A stretch of DNA of 64,000 nt from the NCBI GenBank assembly GCA_963710375.1, contig CAVPZX010000006.1:64001-128000 (forward strand). Direction: 5' to 3'. Each line of letters begins with the position of its first letter. The stretch's first letter is position 1. The translations under genes and the position numbers were made by a program. The notes under the pieces are model-generated. The model ran no database searches and was not told the DNA's origin. It saw only the letters and a program-made list of their open reading frames with translations. Origin of the DNA: Nitrospirota bacterium (GTDB lineage: Bacteria > Nitrospirota > Thermodesulfovibrionia > Thermodesulfovibrionales > Dissulfurispiraceae). Of this stretch, positions 62,080-64,000 are shown in pieces.

Positions 62080-62844
62080 TTAAAACGATTGTATATTCGT
62101 AGAACCAAAAAAAGAATCCGCAATATCCGGATTAATGAAATATTTGTCGATCACCGTTTGCGCTATCTTCATTCCTGCAGCATAATTGGTGATGCTGAAG
62201 GGAAATAGAGAGCCGCCGACTTTCTTAAAGTCCGAGTATTCTGTAGAAAGATACATCCTTTTATCGTCTTCGCTGAAATAACCGGTAACTTTTACTATAA
62301 TAAAAGTATGCACGTCAATAAAAACATCCATTATAGTACCCTCTTTATCAATCAGTCGCAGGACCTCAACAGGATTACCGTTTACGGAAGATTGTCCGGC
62401 GAAACTTATCTTATATGATCCCTTCAACAGGTCATGGAGTATGTCCAGGTGCTTATACTGATAAAGCATAGAAAAATACCTCGCACCGAATACTTCTTCA
62501 AGGGGAAGTCCGTCATCGCTCCTGTACCCTCTGTCGCCGTTCAATATCCTGAGTTCCGATGCGTGCTCGTATTTAGTTTCTACCCGGAGTTTCCTTTCTC
62601 TTTTCAAATAAAGCTCATACGTCCCATGGTCTTGGCGCATAAAAGCCTGGATTTCCCCTTTTGCATGAATGGAATGTATTCCTTCTACAACTTTTTTGCC
62701 GCCATAAGCGTCGATTACCTTACTAATGATAGATGTGATATGCTGGGCCTCAACCGGCGCTTCATCCGCAAAGAGGCCTTCCGGTCCTGTGAGAAAAAAG
62801 ACGCAGACTAAAATGTAAATTACATGTGTCATTCGATTTTTCAT
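62080..62844 (-). CDS. Exported hypothetical protein, possible LolA-like/lipoprotein-sorting fold
   Basis: Signal peptide, AYGG, 'YSDFKKVGG..FPF' beta-rich pattern. Confidence 0.55.
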   Translation of the reverse strand: MKNRMTHVIYILVCVFFLTGPEGLFADEAPVEAQHITSIISKVIDAYGGKKVVEGIHSIHAKGEIQAFMRQDHGTYELYLKRERKLRVETKYEHASELRILNGDRGYRSDDGLPLEEVFGARYFSMLYQYKHLDILHDLLKGSYKISFAGQSSVNGNPVEVLRLIDKEGTIMDVFIDVHTFIIVKVTGYFSEDDKRMYLSTEYSDFKKVGGSLFPFSITNYAAGMKIAQTVIDKYFINPDIADSFFGSTNIQSF

Positions 62845-62898
62845 GAGAATCTTTTCACGATACTGCTTTGATAAAGTTAATATCAATGCCAATCAGGA

Positions 62899-63840
62899 TC
62901 AGGATCCGGTTTTTCTCATTTCTACATAATGCGCTGCAGCCAGCGCTGCTATACACCCGTCGGAGGCGGCTATCACTATCTGGTTTGCGAACTTCCGCCT
63001 CAAGTCTCCAACGGCGAAGAGTCCCGGGACGTTCGTCTCACACTTATCATCCGTAATTACGAAACCCTGTTCGTTTATTCGGACTTCCTTGGGGACCAAC
63101 TGATTATTTGGAGAATAGCCGATAAGAATGAAGACGCCGTCAACCTGTAGTTCTCCTTTTTTTCCCGTTTCGGTATTTTCGTACGAGACCGCTTCAACAG
63201 TCCTGCCGTCCCCCCTGATTTCTGTAATGATAGTGTTCCAAATTACCTCAATTCCGGGCTCAGACTTAAGACGACTTTGCAATATGTTGCTTGCGCGCAG
63301 CGCATTGCCCCTATGTACAAGGTATACTTTCTTTGCCAGTCTCGACAGGTAAACTGCCTCCTCGACAGCGGTATCTCCCCCACCGACGACAACGACGCTC
63401 TTGTCTTTGAAGAAGAAGCCGTCGCATGTGGCGCAATAGGAAACGCCCGCTCCTAAGTATTCCGCTTCACCCGGGATTCCGAGCTTTCGCAAGGTCCCTC
63501 CCACTGCAATAATCAGGGCAACAGTATGGAGCAGCTTACCGCCGGCAAGTCGGACCGAGTGGAGCTCTGTCCCGCAGTTTATCGATGCAATTTCCTGCGG
63601 GATAATTCTCAGGCCGAAGGAGCCGGCCTGGTGGACCAGTTTTTCTGCCAAATCAAATCCGGTTATGCCCTCCAGGCCCGGGTAGTTATCAACCTCTTTT
63701 GATATTGCAATCTGGCCGCCGATCAATCCTTTCTCGAAAAGGACAGTTTTCAAAGCCGCTCTTTTGCAATATATCCCCGCAGTAAGCCCTGCAGGCCCCC
63801 CTCCCACAATAATTACTTCATATGTTTCATCAATGTTCAT
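62899..63840 (-). CDS. trxB: Thioredoxin-disulfide reductase
   Basis: GGGPAG, CATCDG, GGGDTA, FAVGD. Confidence 0.92.
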   Translation of the reverse strand: MNIDETYEVIIVGGGPAGLTAGIYCKRAALKTVLFEKGLIGGQIAISKEVDNYPGLEGITGFDLAEKLVHQAGSFGLRIIPQEIASINCGTELHSVRLAGGKLLHTVALIIAVGGTLRKLGIPGEAEYLGAGVSYCATCDGFFFKDKSVVVVGGGDTAVEEAVYLSRLAKKVYLVHRGNALRASNILQSRLKSEPGIEVIWNTIITEIRGDGRTVEAVSYENTETGKKGELQVDGVFILIGYSPNNQLVPKEVRINEQGFVITDDKCETNVPGLFAVGDLRRKFANQIVIAASDGCIAALAAAHYVEMRKTGS

Positions 63841-64000
63841 AGTTTCTCTTTATATTATACATGTTATGTAGCTAAAGTCTCCGTCTGAAGAAAGAGAAAA
63901 AGTATTCCTTCGCCTTTTCCTTAAGCGGCCTGCCACGCCATTCCTCCGGATCTATTCTTATAGAGTGTTTAATGTCCTCCTCGAAGAGGTCACTAATTTT

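Overview
This is a gene-dense bacterial chromosome segment from a probable anaerobe. Gene order and style suggest Nitrospirota (Thermodesulfovibrionia) or a deltaproteobacterial-like lineage; this is inference only. The housekeeping backbone comprises rimO(3')-rplI-dnaB-alr, era-recO, def-fmt-rsmB-rpe, aroE-lptCAB-rpoN-hpf-rapZ, atpF'FHAGDC and trxB. Four accessory blocks interrupt it. (1) PilZ/ADH/methyltransferase genes. (2) A Cache histidine kinase plus a REC-PAS-GGDEF protein. (3) A type I R-M locus whose hsdR carries an in-frame TGA, with an embedded Fic gene, an antisense Fic-antitoxin-like ORF and a MazG-like gene. (4) A C1/molybdenum module: FAD-NAD oxidoreductase-cooF-cooS, modA/modE, a selenocysteine formate dehydrogenase that the ORF track splits at its UGA, and Moco maturation genes. 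The non-coding DNA holds four kinds of TIR-bounded MITE-like elements. One kind has two 180-bp copies with 3-bp TNA target duplications and co-varying arms. There is also a recurrent family of intra-operon inverted 6/7-mer tandem-repeat hairpins, and several candidate leaderless promoters. No rRNA, tRNA, CRISPR array or transposase was recognised.
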